Below are positions 21,095 through 31,805 of a DNA stretch of 64,000 bases, in pieces (position 1 is the first letter of the stretch; every line of letters begins with the position of its first letter). A program made the position numbers and the translations under genes. The notes below the pieces were generated by a model. The model did not search any database and was not told where the DNA came from. It worked only from the letters and a program-made list of their open reading frames with translations. Location: assembly GCA_963767735.1 (NCBI GenBank), contig CAVYES010000006.1, forward strand, positions 224,001-288,000. The letters run 5' to 3'. This DNA comes from Candidatus Bathyarchaeota archaeon (GTDB taxonomy: Archaea; Thermoproteota; Bathyarchaeia; Bathyarchaeales; Bathycorpusculaceae).

Positions 21095-21174
21095 TCAGCT
21101 TTTGCTCCAGCATTGCTATTTTAGGCGTATGTTTGCTTTATCAACATTGCCATAAAACGATTGAATGCGACGAC

Positions 21175-21924
21175 TTATTGGGTTGGGCTGCCTGCCTCTT
21201 TGGGTTTAAGAACCGCTTCTTCAATATCCATATACAAAAAGTTTCCCTCCCGATACGGTGACCCGCCGAAATCGACGACTCGGCTTTGCTTTGTGTACTT
21301 GACGATTTCGACGCGTTGCTTGAACAGCGGAGCATCAAGCGATGTGGAGTGGTACTCTCCGGGTTCCCCCGACACATCTATTCCCTTACCCGCTGGTCCA
21401 ACTAGCGGTTGCATGTCTTCGATGCATTTTCGGTCTATTTGCCTACCCAGCCACTCTTCGGTGAAGTATCTTTGGTCAATGCAGCTTAGAATCGCTTTAA
21501 CGCCGGTTGACTGCTCCATTTCCATGATGCGTTTGCGGTGTCGATTGCCTGGAATCAGGTTCAACGGGCGATCCCACAGCGGCATCATAAGTTCAACACC
21601 TAATTTTTTGCATGCATCCTTCCATACGCGCCTGTGATGCACGTTGTCAATGTCGCCTGTCACTATGGCGTTGGCGCCCTCTTCCTTATGCAGCCGCTCA
21701 AGAGTTCCCATGATGTCGTCATAGCGGTTATCGGTGATTTTCACAAACTGGTGAGGCATGCCAAGGGCTTTGGCTTGTTGCTCTATAACTTTGAAACTGT
21801 GAAAAACATAGGGCTCCATATAGATGTAGGTAACTAAACATGCTACCTCGTGACCCTGCTCTACCACTTTGTGAAGTGCCGTACAGCAATCTTTTCCCCC
21901 ACTCCAATGGACAATCACCTTCAT
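21175..21924 (-). CDS. DUF71/Dph6-like PP-loop ATP pyrophosphatase
   Basis: WSGGKDC, IVTGDI, PLW, WLGR, GEPGEYHS. Confidence 0.85.
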   Translation of the reverse strand: MKVIVHWSGGKDCCTALHKVVEQGHEVACLVTYIYMEPYVFHSFKVIEQQAKALGMPHQFVKITDNRYDDIMGTLERLHKEEGANAIVTGDIDNVHHRRVWKDACKKLGVELMMPLWDRPLNLIPGNRHRKRIMEMEQSTGVKAILSCIDQRYFTEEWLGRQIDRKCIEDMQPLVGPAGKGIDVSGEPGEYHSTSLDAPLFKQRVEIVKYTKQSRVVDFGGSPYREGNFLYMDIEEAVLKPKEAGSPTQ

Positions 21925-22066
21925 TCCGACTCAACATCCATGGTGCACTTTGGAATCTTCGATGATGGATAAACACATGAACTTATAAGCGTTTACGGAA
22001 ACCCGCCATCACACTGCAATTAGCTCAAAGAATTTATCTATCTTAGTGCACGCTTAAATTTAGTGT

Positions 22067-23183
22067 TCAGCATTTTCCAAGAATTTGTTTTATTGTTTCA
22101 GTTAGTTTTTGGTTGTCTTTAGCTGACCTGACTGTGACTCTAAAGTAACTGTTGTCTAAGCCCATGAAGGTGCAGCAGTCTCGGATTAGAATGTGCTCTT
22201 TAGTCAGCAAATCTTTAAGTTTGGTGGACGTGATTTTTTGGTTTAGAATTTTTACAAGCACAAAGTTTGTCACTGACGGGTAAACGTGCAGGCATTCGAT
22301 TTCGTTTAGGTTCTTGGTAAGCTGAGTCCTTTCCTTGGCAATTGTTTGTTTAGTATTTTGTATGAATTCCGTGTCGTTAAACGCTGCAGACGTCGCTACG
22401 CCTGCTATACAATTAATGCTCCACGGCAGCTTAACTGTCTCAAGCTTCTTGATTAGCTTTGGTGCTGCAATGCCGTAGCCTAGTCGTATGCCAGCCATAC
22501 CGTAAAATTTTGTTACCGACCTGATCACAAAGAGGTTCTCATACTCCTTTACTATGCCTGCCAGCGTAGTGTCTTCCCCCTTATCGGCAAATTCGATGTA
22601 GTTCTCATCTACGCTAAAGATTATTTCTTTTTTGCGGCAGAAATCAACAAGATCTACCAAGTTTTCCTTGCTGTACAATGTTCCTGAGGGACTATGCGGG
22701 TTGCATATACACATTATTTTTGTGTTGCCTAGTTACCGCCTTCTTGATTTTGTCTGGCTCTAACGCAAAATTTTCTGGTAACTGAACAAACACTGGCTTA
22801 CCGTCGACCCTCAAAGCCGCTTTCTCGTACTCTGAGAATGAAGGTACAGGAATTACTGCGTTTAAGCCTCGGGGTAAAATTTCAGTAATCGCGTAGATTA
22901 GCTCAATTGAGCCGTTGCCTAAAACAATGTTTTCTTCTTCAACGCCGTGCCCCACGTACTTGGCAACTTCCTCTTTAAACTCTATCGGGTTTGGGTCAGG
23001 ATAGAACTTAATCAACTTGGCATATTGCTTAACAGCTTCAACGGCTTTAGGTGAAGGACCAAGAAAATTGATGGGTCCGCTGAACTCAAGCACCTCTTCA
23101 AGTGGAACGTTGTATTTTCTGCTAAAACCCCAAATGTCTCCGCCATGACTAACAAACCTGCGTTCCTTACATGTGTCCGACAG
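22067..23183 (-). CDS. cobD: Threonine-phosphate decarboxylase CobD (class I/II PLP enzyme), frameshift near 22730
   Basis: HGGD...EFSGPINFLG, YPD, GNGSIE, CNPHSPSG, DENYIEF, RSVTKFYGMAGIRLGY; joins ORFs 22692..23093 and 22067..22714; start uncertain. Confidence 0.75.
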
Positions 23184-23721
23184 CTTTCCTTTCCTCCATT
23201 AACCTACCTGCTTCTTTTTCAACTTGCAACTGAGCTTTAAAGTGAGCGTTATACAGGTTAACAACCTTGTATAGCCAGTAAACTGACCCGATGCCCAGCG
23301 TAACAATTGTAATTAAAACATAAGTTTTTATCGGTATCGTCTGGGTCATAAACATCCGTTCTGGAAAAGCAGCCGCAAGAAACTTTTCCTGATTTCTCTC
23401 ATGCACCACTAAATCCCTAGACAATAAGTAAAGGATGACAAAAACCGGAATAACCAAAATGATGCTGACCGCCCAAGCCTTCGCATTCCTGTCTATAAAA
23501 TGTTCGCTCGTTGCCGGGGGCTCCTTTCCCTGGCTCCTCAGATAGGTGGCAACCTGATTTTCAAGTTTTGCTTCACGCTGAAAATGCTTATTTCTTCCCT
23601 CGATTAGTCGGTAGAACATGGGGAAAAACGCCAATCCAAAGGTAACGATCGCCGCCAGGAACCACATGGAAAACCAAATTTTCCTGTCGCTTCCAACTTT
23701 ACTCTGCATAGCGGTTTCCAT
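23167..23721 (-). CDS. Membrane protein (DUF4234-like)
   Basis: Duplicated IVTFGL / IVTLGIGSVYWLYK...N.H motifs with 3 TM helices. Confidence 0.6.
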   Translation of the reverse strand: METAMQSKVGSDRKIWFSMWFLAAIVTFGLAFFPMFYRLIEGRNKHFQREAKLENQVATYLRSQGKEPPATSEHFIDRNAKAWAVSIILVIPVFVILYLLSRDLVVHERNQEKFLAAAFPERMFMTQTIPIKTYVLITIVTLGIGSVYWLYKVVNLYNAHFKAQLQVEKEAGRLMEERKAVGHM

Positions 23722-23788
23722 GTAAATCCCGAACTGGCCCTTAAAGTGCTAACAAGGTTGGAGCACCCAAACTTTATAAGCTCTTCCA

Positions 23789-24505
23789 TTGGCATCTAAA
23801 AGTAAAATGAGCCGAAATGAAATGCTGCTTTCCATAATAATTCCCGTTTACAACGAGGAATTAACAATAGGTGACATAATCGAACGTGTAAAAAAGTCAG
23901 TGCAGCAAACAGGATTAAAAAGTGAAATTATAGTGGTGGATGACCGCTCTTATGATCGATCGCTTGAAGTTGCCAAAAAACATGGCATCAAAATCTATAC
24001 CCTAAAAGAACATTTGGGCAAGGGCTATGCTCTTCGTGCTGGTTTTGCCAAGGCAAAAGGCGACATTATAGTCACCATTGACTCAGATGGTTCACATCGA
24101 CCCGAAGAATTGCCAGAAGTCTTGGAGCCAATCCTGCAAGATCGAGCTGACCTAGTTATCGGTTCAAGGTATCAAAATCACAAGCATGTGGCTGCAAGGT
24201 GGCTGAACGCTTTCGGCGTGCGCCTATTCAATTATTTTATCCAGATGCTGACGGGCGTAGCCATTACTGATTCTCAATCAGGCTATCGTGCTATGAAACG
24301 CGAAGTCCTGAAAAGCCAGAAACCAAAGTCAGGAGGATACGAGATAGAGTCAGAGATGCTGGTCAAGACGGCGAAAAAAAAATTCCGAATCACTGAGGTT
24401 CCGATAAGTTTTGAGCAGCGAACCTACGGGAGGTCTGGAGTAGACCCGTTGGTTGATGGGTTCAAAATTATAATATCTATAGTTTCAGCTTACGTGAGGG
24501 GTTAA
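23789..24505 (+). CDS. GT2 glycosyltransferase (polyprenyl-phosphate sugar synthase-like)
   Basis: SIIIPVYNEE, VVDD, DSDGSH, VIGSR, DSQSGYR. Confidence 0.9.
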   Translation: MASKSKMSRNEMLLSIIIPVYNEELTIGDIIERVKKSVQQTGLKSEIIVVDDRSYDRSLEVAKKHGIKIYTLKEHLGKGYALRAGFAKAKGDIIVTIDSDGSHRPEELPEVLEPILQDRADLVIGSRYQNHKHVAARWLNAFGVRLFNYFIQMLTGVAITDSQSGYRAMKREVLKSQKPKSGGYEIESEMLVKTAKKKFRITEVPISFEQRTYGRSGVDPLVDGFKIIISIVSAYVRG

Positions 24506-24509
24506 GCAA

Positions 24510-25514
24510 GTGGCTGGCAACGCGCTTCGTGAAGTTTCAATCATTGTTGCAGCCTACAATAATGAGCAAACAATTGAGGAGTGCCTAAAATCGATTCTGA
24601 CGCTAGATTATCCCTCGGGCTTCATTGAAGTTATCGTCATGGACGGAGGCTCAAAAGACGCTACGGTCAAAATAGCCCAAAATTTCCCAGTCAAAGTCGT
24701 TTCTATTCGTTTAAACGCTCCCGCAGCCTATAATTACGCCATGAAAATCGCTGCGCATTCGGTTCTGGGCTTCATAGATGCAGATGCTAAAGTCGAATCA
24801 GGATGGCTAAGAAAACTCGTACCTCACTTGGAAGAGCCTAAAGCGGCAGGAGTCAGCGGTAGCATAGAAACTTGGAATGCACAAAACCCGTGGGCAAAAA
24901 GCATCGGTTACGAACTTAAAAACCGATACAGCCGCATAGGAAAATACACAAGCCGCATAGCCACCATGAACCTGCTGTTGAAAAAAGAGGTTATCGAAGA
25001 GGCTGGCGGATGGGACGAAAACTTGCCAAGCCAATATGACACAGACTTAGGCTTCAGAATAAGCGCGAGGGGCTACAAAATCGCTTACGAACCAAACGCC
25101 GTCTGCTACCACTACAACAGACCTACGCTTCGGGCTTATTACAGGCAGCAGCTGCAGTACGGAAAAAACACTTTAAAACTATACTTTAAACACGGAAGCT
25201 TAGCCAAAGGCGATGAAATCACCGATTTTGGCATGAACATCCAGCCTGTGCTGCTGTTGGCAGTCATCGCCTTTTTCCTTGTCGGAATCATTCCAGCGCT
25301 CCGGCTGTTATGGCTCGGTTCAGGCTTAATCCTAGCGTTCATGCTCGTTTACTTCGTTTATTCCGCCGGCAAAATTGCCTTTAAGTTTCATGATAACGTG
25401 GCTTTTCGGTTAGTGGCGCTTTATTTTGTGAGAGCGTTCGCTTGGTTTGTCGGCGCAGTAACAACCACCATCAACTATGCTAGAGGCAAAGGGAGGAAAA
25501 CACTCGATGCGTAG
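24510..25514 (+). CDS. GT2 glycosyltransferase with C-terminal TM helices
   Basis: SIIVAAYN, DGGSKD, FIDAD, GGWDE, C-terminal hydrophobic segments. Confidence 0.9.
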   Translation: MAGNALREVSIIVAAYNNEQTIEECLKSILTLDYPSGFIEVIVMDGGSKDATVKIAQNFPVKVVSIRLNAPAAYNYAMKIAAHSVLGFIDADAKVESGWLRKLVPHLEEPKAAGVSGSIETWNAQNPWAKSIGYELKNRYSRIGKYTSRIATMNLLLKKEVIEEAGGWDENLPSQYDTDLGFRISARGYKIAYEPNAVCYHYNRPTLRAYYRQQLQYGKNTLKLYFKHGSLAKGDEITDFGMNIQPVLLLAVIAFFLVGIIPALRLLWLGSGLILAFMLVYFVYSAGKIAFKFHDNVAFRLVALYFVRAFAWFVGAVTTTINYARGKGRKTLDA

Positions 25515-26700
25515 CGTCTGCTTTGTTTCGCCTGAGTATTGGCCTCTTTCTGGTGGAACAGGCGCCTACGTTTACTATCTGTCAAACGAGCTTATGAAAA
25601 ACGGCTACAAAATCATCGTAGTCACAGGCTCTGACCAAACGTTAGACGTAGAAGTCAACGAGCAATTAAAGGTGTTTTTCCTAAAAATCCCCAAAGCACC
25701 CGTTATAAAATCGTTTATGCTTGCAGCCTCCAGCTACCGCAAACTAAACAGCGTCCGCGGAACCGTTAACGTGGATATCACGCATGCCAACTTGCCGTTA
25801 ACGCCGAACTTTGCAGTGCCGCCGAACTTTGGAAAAACACTCGTTTGCACCGTTCACTCAACATGGAAAGGCGAAGCACAAGCTATACGAGGCGAACCCT
25901 ACAGCAGGCTTAACGCCAACGAAAAGTTTATGGTAAGTTTCAACTGGTTTTTGCGGATTTTCGAAGAAAAAATGCTTGAGAACGTAAGAAAAATTATCGC
26001 TGTCAGCCACTTCACAAAACGCGAACTGCTTGACTACTACAAAGTGCCCGAAGAAAAAATCCGAGTCATCCACAACGGCGTCAACACAAGCAAGTTCCAG
26101 CCGGCAAAAGATAAGCGCAAAATCAAGGAAGAGCTCGGCTTTAACCCAAACGATTTAGCTATAGTGTCAGTGGGTAGGCTCTACGCACGCAAAGGTTTAT
26201 TCACGCTTATTGAAAGCATGCCCGCCATCATTAAGCGGTTCAAAAACGCCAAATTTATAATTTCAGGCAAAGGACAAAGCGACGAAATGCATAAACTCAT
26301 CGTCTATGCCGAAAAAATCGGCGTAAAAGACAACATAATCTTCACTGGTTACTATCCCGACAAGAAACTGCCCAAACTCTACCAAGCTGCAGACGTATTC
26401 GCTTTCTCCACATTCTATGAGCACCACCCCTTCGCTGTCCTCGAAGCTCTTTCAACAGGGTTGCCCGTGGTAACAACAAATGTTGGCGGAATTCCAGAAA
26501 CGATTGAAAATGGCAAAAACGGGTTCTTGGTTGAGCCGTTCAATCCAAAACAATTCGGCGACAAGATACTGTATTTGCTTGATCACCCATCTGAAGCGTC
26601 GGAAATGGGGGTTCTTGCCAGAAAAAGCATTTTAGAACGTTTTGATTGGCGCATCGTCGTTAAAGACGCCATGAAAGTTTATGATGAAGCGCTTGGCTAA
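25507..26700 (+). CDS. GT4 glycosyltransferase
   Basis: IIAVS, IHNGV, VGRLYARKG, EHHPFAVLEALSTGLPVV. Confidence 0.9.
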   Translation: MRSVCFVSPEYWPLSGGTGAYVYYLSNELMKNGYKIIVVTGSDQTLDVEVNEQLKVFFLKIPKAPVIKSFMLAASSYRKLNSVRGTVNVDITHANLPLTPNFAVPPNFGKTLVCTVHSTWKGEAQAIRGEPYSRLNANEKFMVSFNWFLRIFEEKMLENVRKIIAVSHFTKRELLDYYKVPEEKIRVIHNGVNTSKFQPAKDKRKIKEELGFNPNDLAIVSVGRLYARKGLFTLIESMPAIIKRFKNAKFIISGKGQSDEMHKLIVYAEKIGVKDNIIFTGYYPDKKLPKLYQAADVFAFSTFYEHHPFAVLEALSTGLPVVTTNVGGIPETIENGKNGFLVEPFNPKQFGDKILYLLDHPSEASEMGVLARKSILERFDWRIVVKDAMKVYDEALG

Positions 26701-27659
26701 GCGATTTGTACTGGTTCTCGCCTGTAAGCCACCGTTACTTTCTGGAAAAGCTTTACTACATCAAGAGAGCAAAACAGCAGCTTCGTTAAGTACTCATGCT
26801 GATAAATTGTCATCTGGGCTTTTACCGGCAAATCAATCCGCGGTGGCTCAAATTTGTGCTCAACCATGGCAATCGGCAAACCTTCAACACTAAGGTCCCC
26901 TTCTCGTAGACCCGTTTTGTCGGCGATGTACCCCAGATAGGTTTCCTTCCAGTTCAACATCATAACTTTGGCGGCAGTTACGTCAACGGCTAACGCGTCG
27001 CTGCCTGACAGCATTAACCCCATTTTGACTGGTTTGCCTTTAGTTGGACCATTGCCTTCGATGCCTATCCTTGCATCCATAATCGTTAATTGTGGCCTAA
27101 GCAGGTTGTATAATCGATAGAGCACTTCCGGTAAGTAAGGATGTAAATAGATGCGTTTGTTGCTGGGAACGCAGCCGAAGAGGTTTTTGATGGCGCCGCT
27201 GAAAGCCATAAACTCATGCGTTTTCATCAAAGGCAAATCCACCACAGCATCCGCATCCAACAAGGTTTTAGGTAGAAACAGCCGCTTCAATGGAGTGCTG
27301 CCTTGAAATTTTACTTCGACAACTTTATCTTCGGAGAGGTTGATGACGCTGCCACCTGCCGCTTTTACTGCGGCTTCGACGCCTGTTTTATCGAACGCTG
27401 TCCAGCAGGGATAGTTAAAGCCATTTGATTCGCCCACAATGACTTCGCTGTTTCCGTCGCGGAGCAAGCCGACGAGTTGCTGCATCAATTCAGGGCTCGT
27501 AACAACGCCCGGCAGGTATTCTGGGTGACTTAAGTTTGGCTTAATGAAAATTTTGCGTTTGCCATGTAACCCTGAATTATCGACGGCTTCCTTTACAATC
27601 TCGCTTACGTCATCTTTTGCACGGAAAATTTTAACTGTTTTCTGCTCTACGCGTGGCAT
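26697..27659 (-). CDS. DUF362 domain protein
   Basis: IKPNL, VGES, LPLMKTH, GAIKNLFG, EGNGP, DALAVD. Confidence 0.85.
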   Translation of the reverse strand: MPRVEQKTVKIFRAKDDVSEIVKEAVDNSGLHGKRKIFIKPNLSHPEYLPGVVTSPELMQQLVGLLRDGNSEVIVGESNGFNYPCWTAFDKTGVEAAVKAAGGSVINLSEDKVVEVKFQGSTPLKRLFLPKTLLDADAVVDLPLMKTHEFMAFSGAIKNLFGCVPSNKRIYLHPYLPEVLYRLYNLLRPQLTIMDARIGIEGNGPTKGKPVKMGLMLSGSDALAVDVTAAKVMMLNWKETYLGYIADKTGLREGDLSVEGLPIAMVEHKFEPPRIDLPVKAQMTIYQHEYLTKLLFCSLDVVKLFQKVTVAYRREPVQIA

Positions 27660-27661
27660 AA

Positions 27662-29087
27662 CTATGCACCCTTCACTTGTTTTCCCATTATGCAGCCTGG
27701 GTCAGAATTGAGCATGTCACCGTTATGGTATGCAGCTGACCGTGCTCTGCACCCGCCGCAAATGTACTTGTAGTCGCATTTTCCGCAGGCTCCTTTTAGG
27801 TTGCCTCTGTTGCGTAAAGATTTAAAGAGTGGCGAGTTCAGCCAGATATCCTGAAACTTTTCCGTTTTCAGGTTTCCAACGTTTACCGGGAGAAAGACGC
27901 ATGGGTGAACATCGCCTTGAGGCGAGAGAGAACAGTATAATCTTCCTGCGCCGCAGCCGCCAATGAAATCCGCCAGCGGCACGGCTTTCTTGGTGACTTT
28001 GACGGTTTGCATGTGCGCCATAGACATAGTTACTTCGCCTGTGCCTTGCTGGTCCTTGACATTGCAAGCCAACGCGGGCTAGCTGGGGCGCCGTGGTGAG
28101 AATGGTTGTTTTGCAGCCCTTCGACATCCTTGCAAGCAGGTACCGCATGAGTTTTTCGCGTTCTTCAGGAGAGAGGTCTTGGTCGTAGTGTGCTTTGCCT
28201 CTGCCTGTTGGAATGAAGTTGAAGTAAGTGAACCGCTCCGCACCTACGTCTTCGGCTAAATCGATAATTGCCGGCATTTCTTCAAGGTTATTTTTAGTAG
28301 CCGTGGTAGCTATGCATACGCATAAATCAGCTTCAACACAGTTCTTCAACCCCGCAACTGCCCTATCAAAAGCGCCCGGTACACCTCGAAACTCGTCATG
28401 TGTTTTGGCGGATGCGCCGTCTATGCTGATGTCTAAATAGTTAACTTTGGCTTGCTTTAGCTTCTGCACAGTTTCCTTGGTAAGCAGGGTGCCGTTTGTA
28501 GCGACCGACACGTAGAGCCCGCGGTCGGCGGCATGCCTTGCAACTTCAAAGAAGTCTTTTCGGCTCAGTGGTTCACCGCCTGAAAAAGCCAGCGCTGTCA
28601 CTCCGGCATCGGCAAGCTGATCAACCACCGCCAAGGCTTCTTTGGTTGTTAATTCTTCCTCGTTGACTGCGCCACTGTTTGAGTAGCAGTGCTTGCAGCT
28701 CAAGTTACATTTATGCGTGAAATCCCAAACAATCAAGAAAGGCGCATAAAGCGAGATTGGCTTTTTAATTCCCATGTAAGCGAAGGACTTTGTCAAGTTG
28801 GTTATTGCTCTTCGCGCATATGGGTCAGCTAAGAGCTTTTCAACTTTTTCCCGCTTAATGTTTAGGCTTCTTCTTAGAAATTCAACCCAAAAACCAATAA
28901 CCTGCGAGTACAAAGCGCTGCATTTCTCACAGTTCTGCTCGGTTTTTCCAGAATAAGAGTCCAATGCTGCTTCAAGAACCGTTCTGCCGCAAGCAGGGCA
29001 TTTTTTTAGAGATAGCCGCAGCATTTTTTTTGTCATGGGCAGAGTTATCACTGCGTTCCAGAAGCTATCATGACTCAATAGACTCAT
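27662..29087 (-). CDS. Radical SAM/SPASM protein with N-terminal Cys-rich extension (possibly GMGT synthase Gms-like); frameshift near 28045
   Basis: N-terminal CPAC...CEKC; WDFTHKCNLSCKHCY; SGGEP; SPASM GCGAGR...PC...CGKCDYKYICGGCRAR...DPGC in the second frame. Confidence 0.8.
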
Positions 29088-29235
29088 CCGCGGTCGGACT
29101 CCTGAATCAGCAACAGTTGTAGAGTAGGTTACGTGGGGATGTTAAAGATTTCTCCGCAACGGCTTAAATCGAGGATTTTTAAAACTTATTCTGCCGAGAG
29201 TTTTATAAGTCAAAAAATCATATAGCCCGAAGGAT

Positions 29236-30304
29236 ATGCTTCCCACCTTCAAACAGGACTTACCGTTAATAACCATAGGGATAGTGGTTTTCAATAGGGA
29301 ATGGATATTGAAAAAATGCTTGCTTCAGTGCAAAGCCAAACTTATCCTCATGATAAACTCTTTGTGTTGGTGGTGGATGGGAAAAGCAAAGACAACACCG
29401 TAAAGATTGCCGAGCAAGTTTTAGCTAAATCCGATTTTAACGGTTGTCAAGTCATCGTTAAAGAATCAAATATTCCTGAGGCTAGAAACATCTGCATTCA
29501 AAACATGAGGGGCGATTTTCTTCTTTTTTGGGACAGCGACGTGATAATGGAATCAACAGCCGTCGCTCACTCACTTGAAACACTCAAAAAAGAAAACGCC
29601 GACATGGTCCAATCAACAATCACCCAGGTAACCGTTGACTCAGCGGATGAAATAGCTGAAAAATGGAGAGCGTGGGAAACAAAATATCCTCGACAAGAAA
29701 AAACCAGAATCGTTAACTTAACTGGAACCGGTAATCTTCTAATCTCAAAAAAAGTATTAACGCAGTTATCCTTTGACCCAGATTTAACTTTTTTTGAAGA
29801 CCAAGATTTCACGTCACGTGCAACAAAGCAAGGCTTCAAAGTATTGGAGACAAAAAACGTCATTGGTTTTGACGTTAATTCAAATAAGCCCTACAGTAGC
29901 ATCTACGCATTTGATATGCCCCTAAAAGAAGCGTTGCGGGGGATTCGCAAAAAGGAAAATTTCAAGCGCAAAACGTCACAGCCAACTCCTCTTCAATCAG
30001 CAAAGCAACGATAGAATTCTTTTTGGCAAACAAACGCTACATATTTTACGTTGGCTACATCCCAATCATAATCTTAACGTTTGTTGGAGTTTTGATTCAG
30101 AATTTGTGGTTGAGTCTGATTTTTCCAGTTTACTTTTTGCTCTACGTAGGTGTTCAGCTGGCGAGAAGAGGATTTGCCAAAGGGCTCAACGTTGCAGTTA
30201 GAAGCTTTATTGTCGGAATCCCCACAACTTGCAGCCTCCTCTACTACTGCATAAAGTTAAGCGTCAAAAATCAAAAAAAGCTTAGCAATAAACCCGCAGC
30301 TTAA
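29236..30304 (+). CDS. GT2 glycosyltransferase with C-terminal TM segments (two frameshifts, ~29305 and ~29955)
   Basis: MLPTFKQDLPLITIGIVVFNRE from ATG 29236, then VVDGKSKD, ARN, WDSD, FED, then membrane ORF 30023..30304. Confidence 0.7.
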
Positions 30305-30308
30305 CCAG

Positions 30309-30932
30309 TCACCTTTTCAGGTTTCTGTTCATTATTTTTTCTGCAATTTCCAAATCCTTAAGCGTGTTAATGTTTAGAAGAACTTCAACCTCTTCTGTGA
30401 TAAGGGCGCTTGTTTCAATTTTGCCGACGCCTTGAATTTTGGCGCCGTTAACAATGTTGACTCCCGAAACGGCATACCATTCGCCCATGTACTCGTCAGT
30501 AGAGTCAACGGAGAGTCCTAGAGCTTCACGGGCTGATACTGGGACGAAAACGGCGTAGAAGTCTTTACCGCAGGCTTCAAACTGTCTGATGATTCTGTCA
30601 AGAAATTTACCCGTGACAGCAGGAGAATCAGCTGGAATCGTCAAGACAGGACCCATCAAATCAGCCATAGCTGCCGCCTGCTTCAAATCATTATGATAGC
30701 CTTTGGCGTCTGTACGCAGCACATTCCACCCATTGCTTAGGCAGTGTTTCTCCGTTTCAGGCGTGTTTGCACTGGTCACAACGTAAAACTCTAAAACTTT
30801 CTCCGCGCTCGCAACCGCCTCAGCAACCCAATCAATCAGCGGTTTACCTAAAAAAAGCAAAAGTGGCTTCTCCACTGGCAAACCCATGCGTTTGCCTTTT
30901 CCGCCAGCCATAATCAAAGCGGGAACTTTCAT
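30309..30932 (-). CDS. cobY: CobY-like nucleotidyltransferase (adenosylcobinamide-phosphate guanylyltransferase), copy 1
   Basis: ALIMAGGKGKRM..EKPL, GYHNDL, PADSP, GVNIV, NINT; overlaps cobS. Confidence 0.75.
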   Translation of the reverse strand: MKVPALIMAGGKGKRMGLPVEKPLLLFLGKPLIDWVAEAVASAEKVLEFYVVTSANTPETEKHCLSNGWNVLRTDAKGYHNDLKQAAAMADLMGPVLTIPADSPAVTGKFLDRIIRQFEACGKDFYAVFVPVSAREALGLSVDSTDEYMGEWYAVSGVNIVNGAKIQGVGKIETSALITEEVEVLLNINTLKDLEIAEKIMNRNLKR

Positions 30933-31759
30933 ATCAGCATCAACACTCCTGCAATCAAAATAAGCGTAACTGCCCTAGCCACCTCGTTGGTTGCCCCAAT
31001 CATGTCGCCTGAAACTCCGCCGAAAACGTTTTCCGCAACTTTCTCCATAACGAGCGCCACTGGAATGCTGACTAAAACCAATCCGACGGCAACTAAACCT
31101 AAAAACGGTTTACCCGTCAAACCAAAAAACGGGTAGACAATCAAAATAGAAAGCGCGTAAGCGATAATATTGAGTTTCTTTTTGGCTTTTTGAAGGAAAA
31201 TAGAACCTAACCCTTTATGTGTAGGTTTCCCCACCCAAACAATCGTAACCATAGCTAATTTCGCTGAGAGTTCAGCCGCAACTATACCTCCGAAAGCATA
31301 AAGCGGGTTAATTAAAAATAAGCCTGCGAAAGCGGCAAACTCGACAATAATCGCGAGCAGTGCTCCCCAGTAAGTTACCGTCCAAGCGTGGGCAACCATT
31401 TTGCGGTCATGCAAATTTCTAAGCCCAAACGCGTTGCCTAAATCGATTAAGCCGTCAAAATGTTGGAGTCCAGTTACGACAAGCAGAAAAGCCACGGTCA
31501 TCGCGGAAACCGCTAGCTTTGTCAATAAGTCAGTTGGCAAGGCAATGATCGGGTTAACTAGGTTGAGTAGGAAATGAACGATGATGCTTGCGCCGATGAA
31601 GTAAGCGCCGGCCAGTATGCCTATGATAGCGCCAATAAATGGGAAAAGGTACATGTGCTCGGCTGTGGTGAAAATGAAATCTTCCTTTCCGCCCACGGGG
31701 ATTATTGTTAGGAAAGACAGTAAATCCCTAAAAGTTTTTATAGCTTTCAGCGGCGACAT
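30929..31759 (-). CDS. cobS: CobS-family cobalamin 5'-phosphate synthase, divergent copy 1
   Basis: FLTIIP, FPFIG, TGLQHFDGLID, FGGVSGDMIGATNE; multiple TM helices. Confidence 0.75.
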   Translation of the reverse strand: MSPLKAIKTFRDLLSFLTIIPVGGKEDFIFTTAEHMYLFPFIGAIIGILAGAYFIGASIIVHFLLNLVNPIIALPTDLLTKLAVSAMTVAFLLVVTGLQHFDGLIDLGNAFGLRNLHDRKMVAHAWTVTYWGALLAIIVEFAAFAGLFLINPLYAFGGIVAAELSAKLAMVTIVWVGKPTHKGLGSIFLQKAKKKLNIIAYALSILIVYPFFGLTGKPFLGLVAVGLVLVSIPVALVMEKVAENVFGGVSGDMIGATNEVARAVTLILIAGVLMLI

Positions 31760-31805
31760 ATACCCTACAACTATCTAAAGATAATATAGACTTTGTCGTG
31801 ATTAT

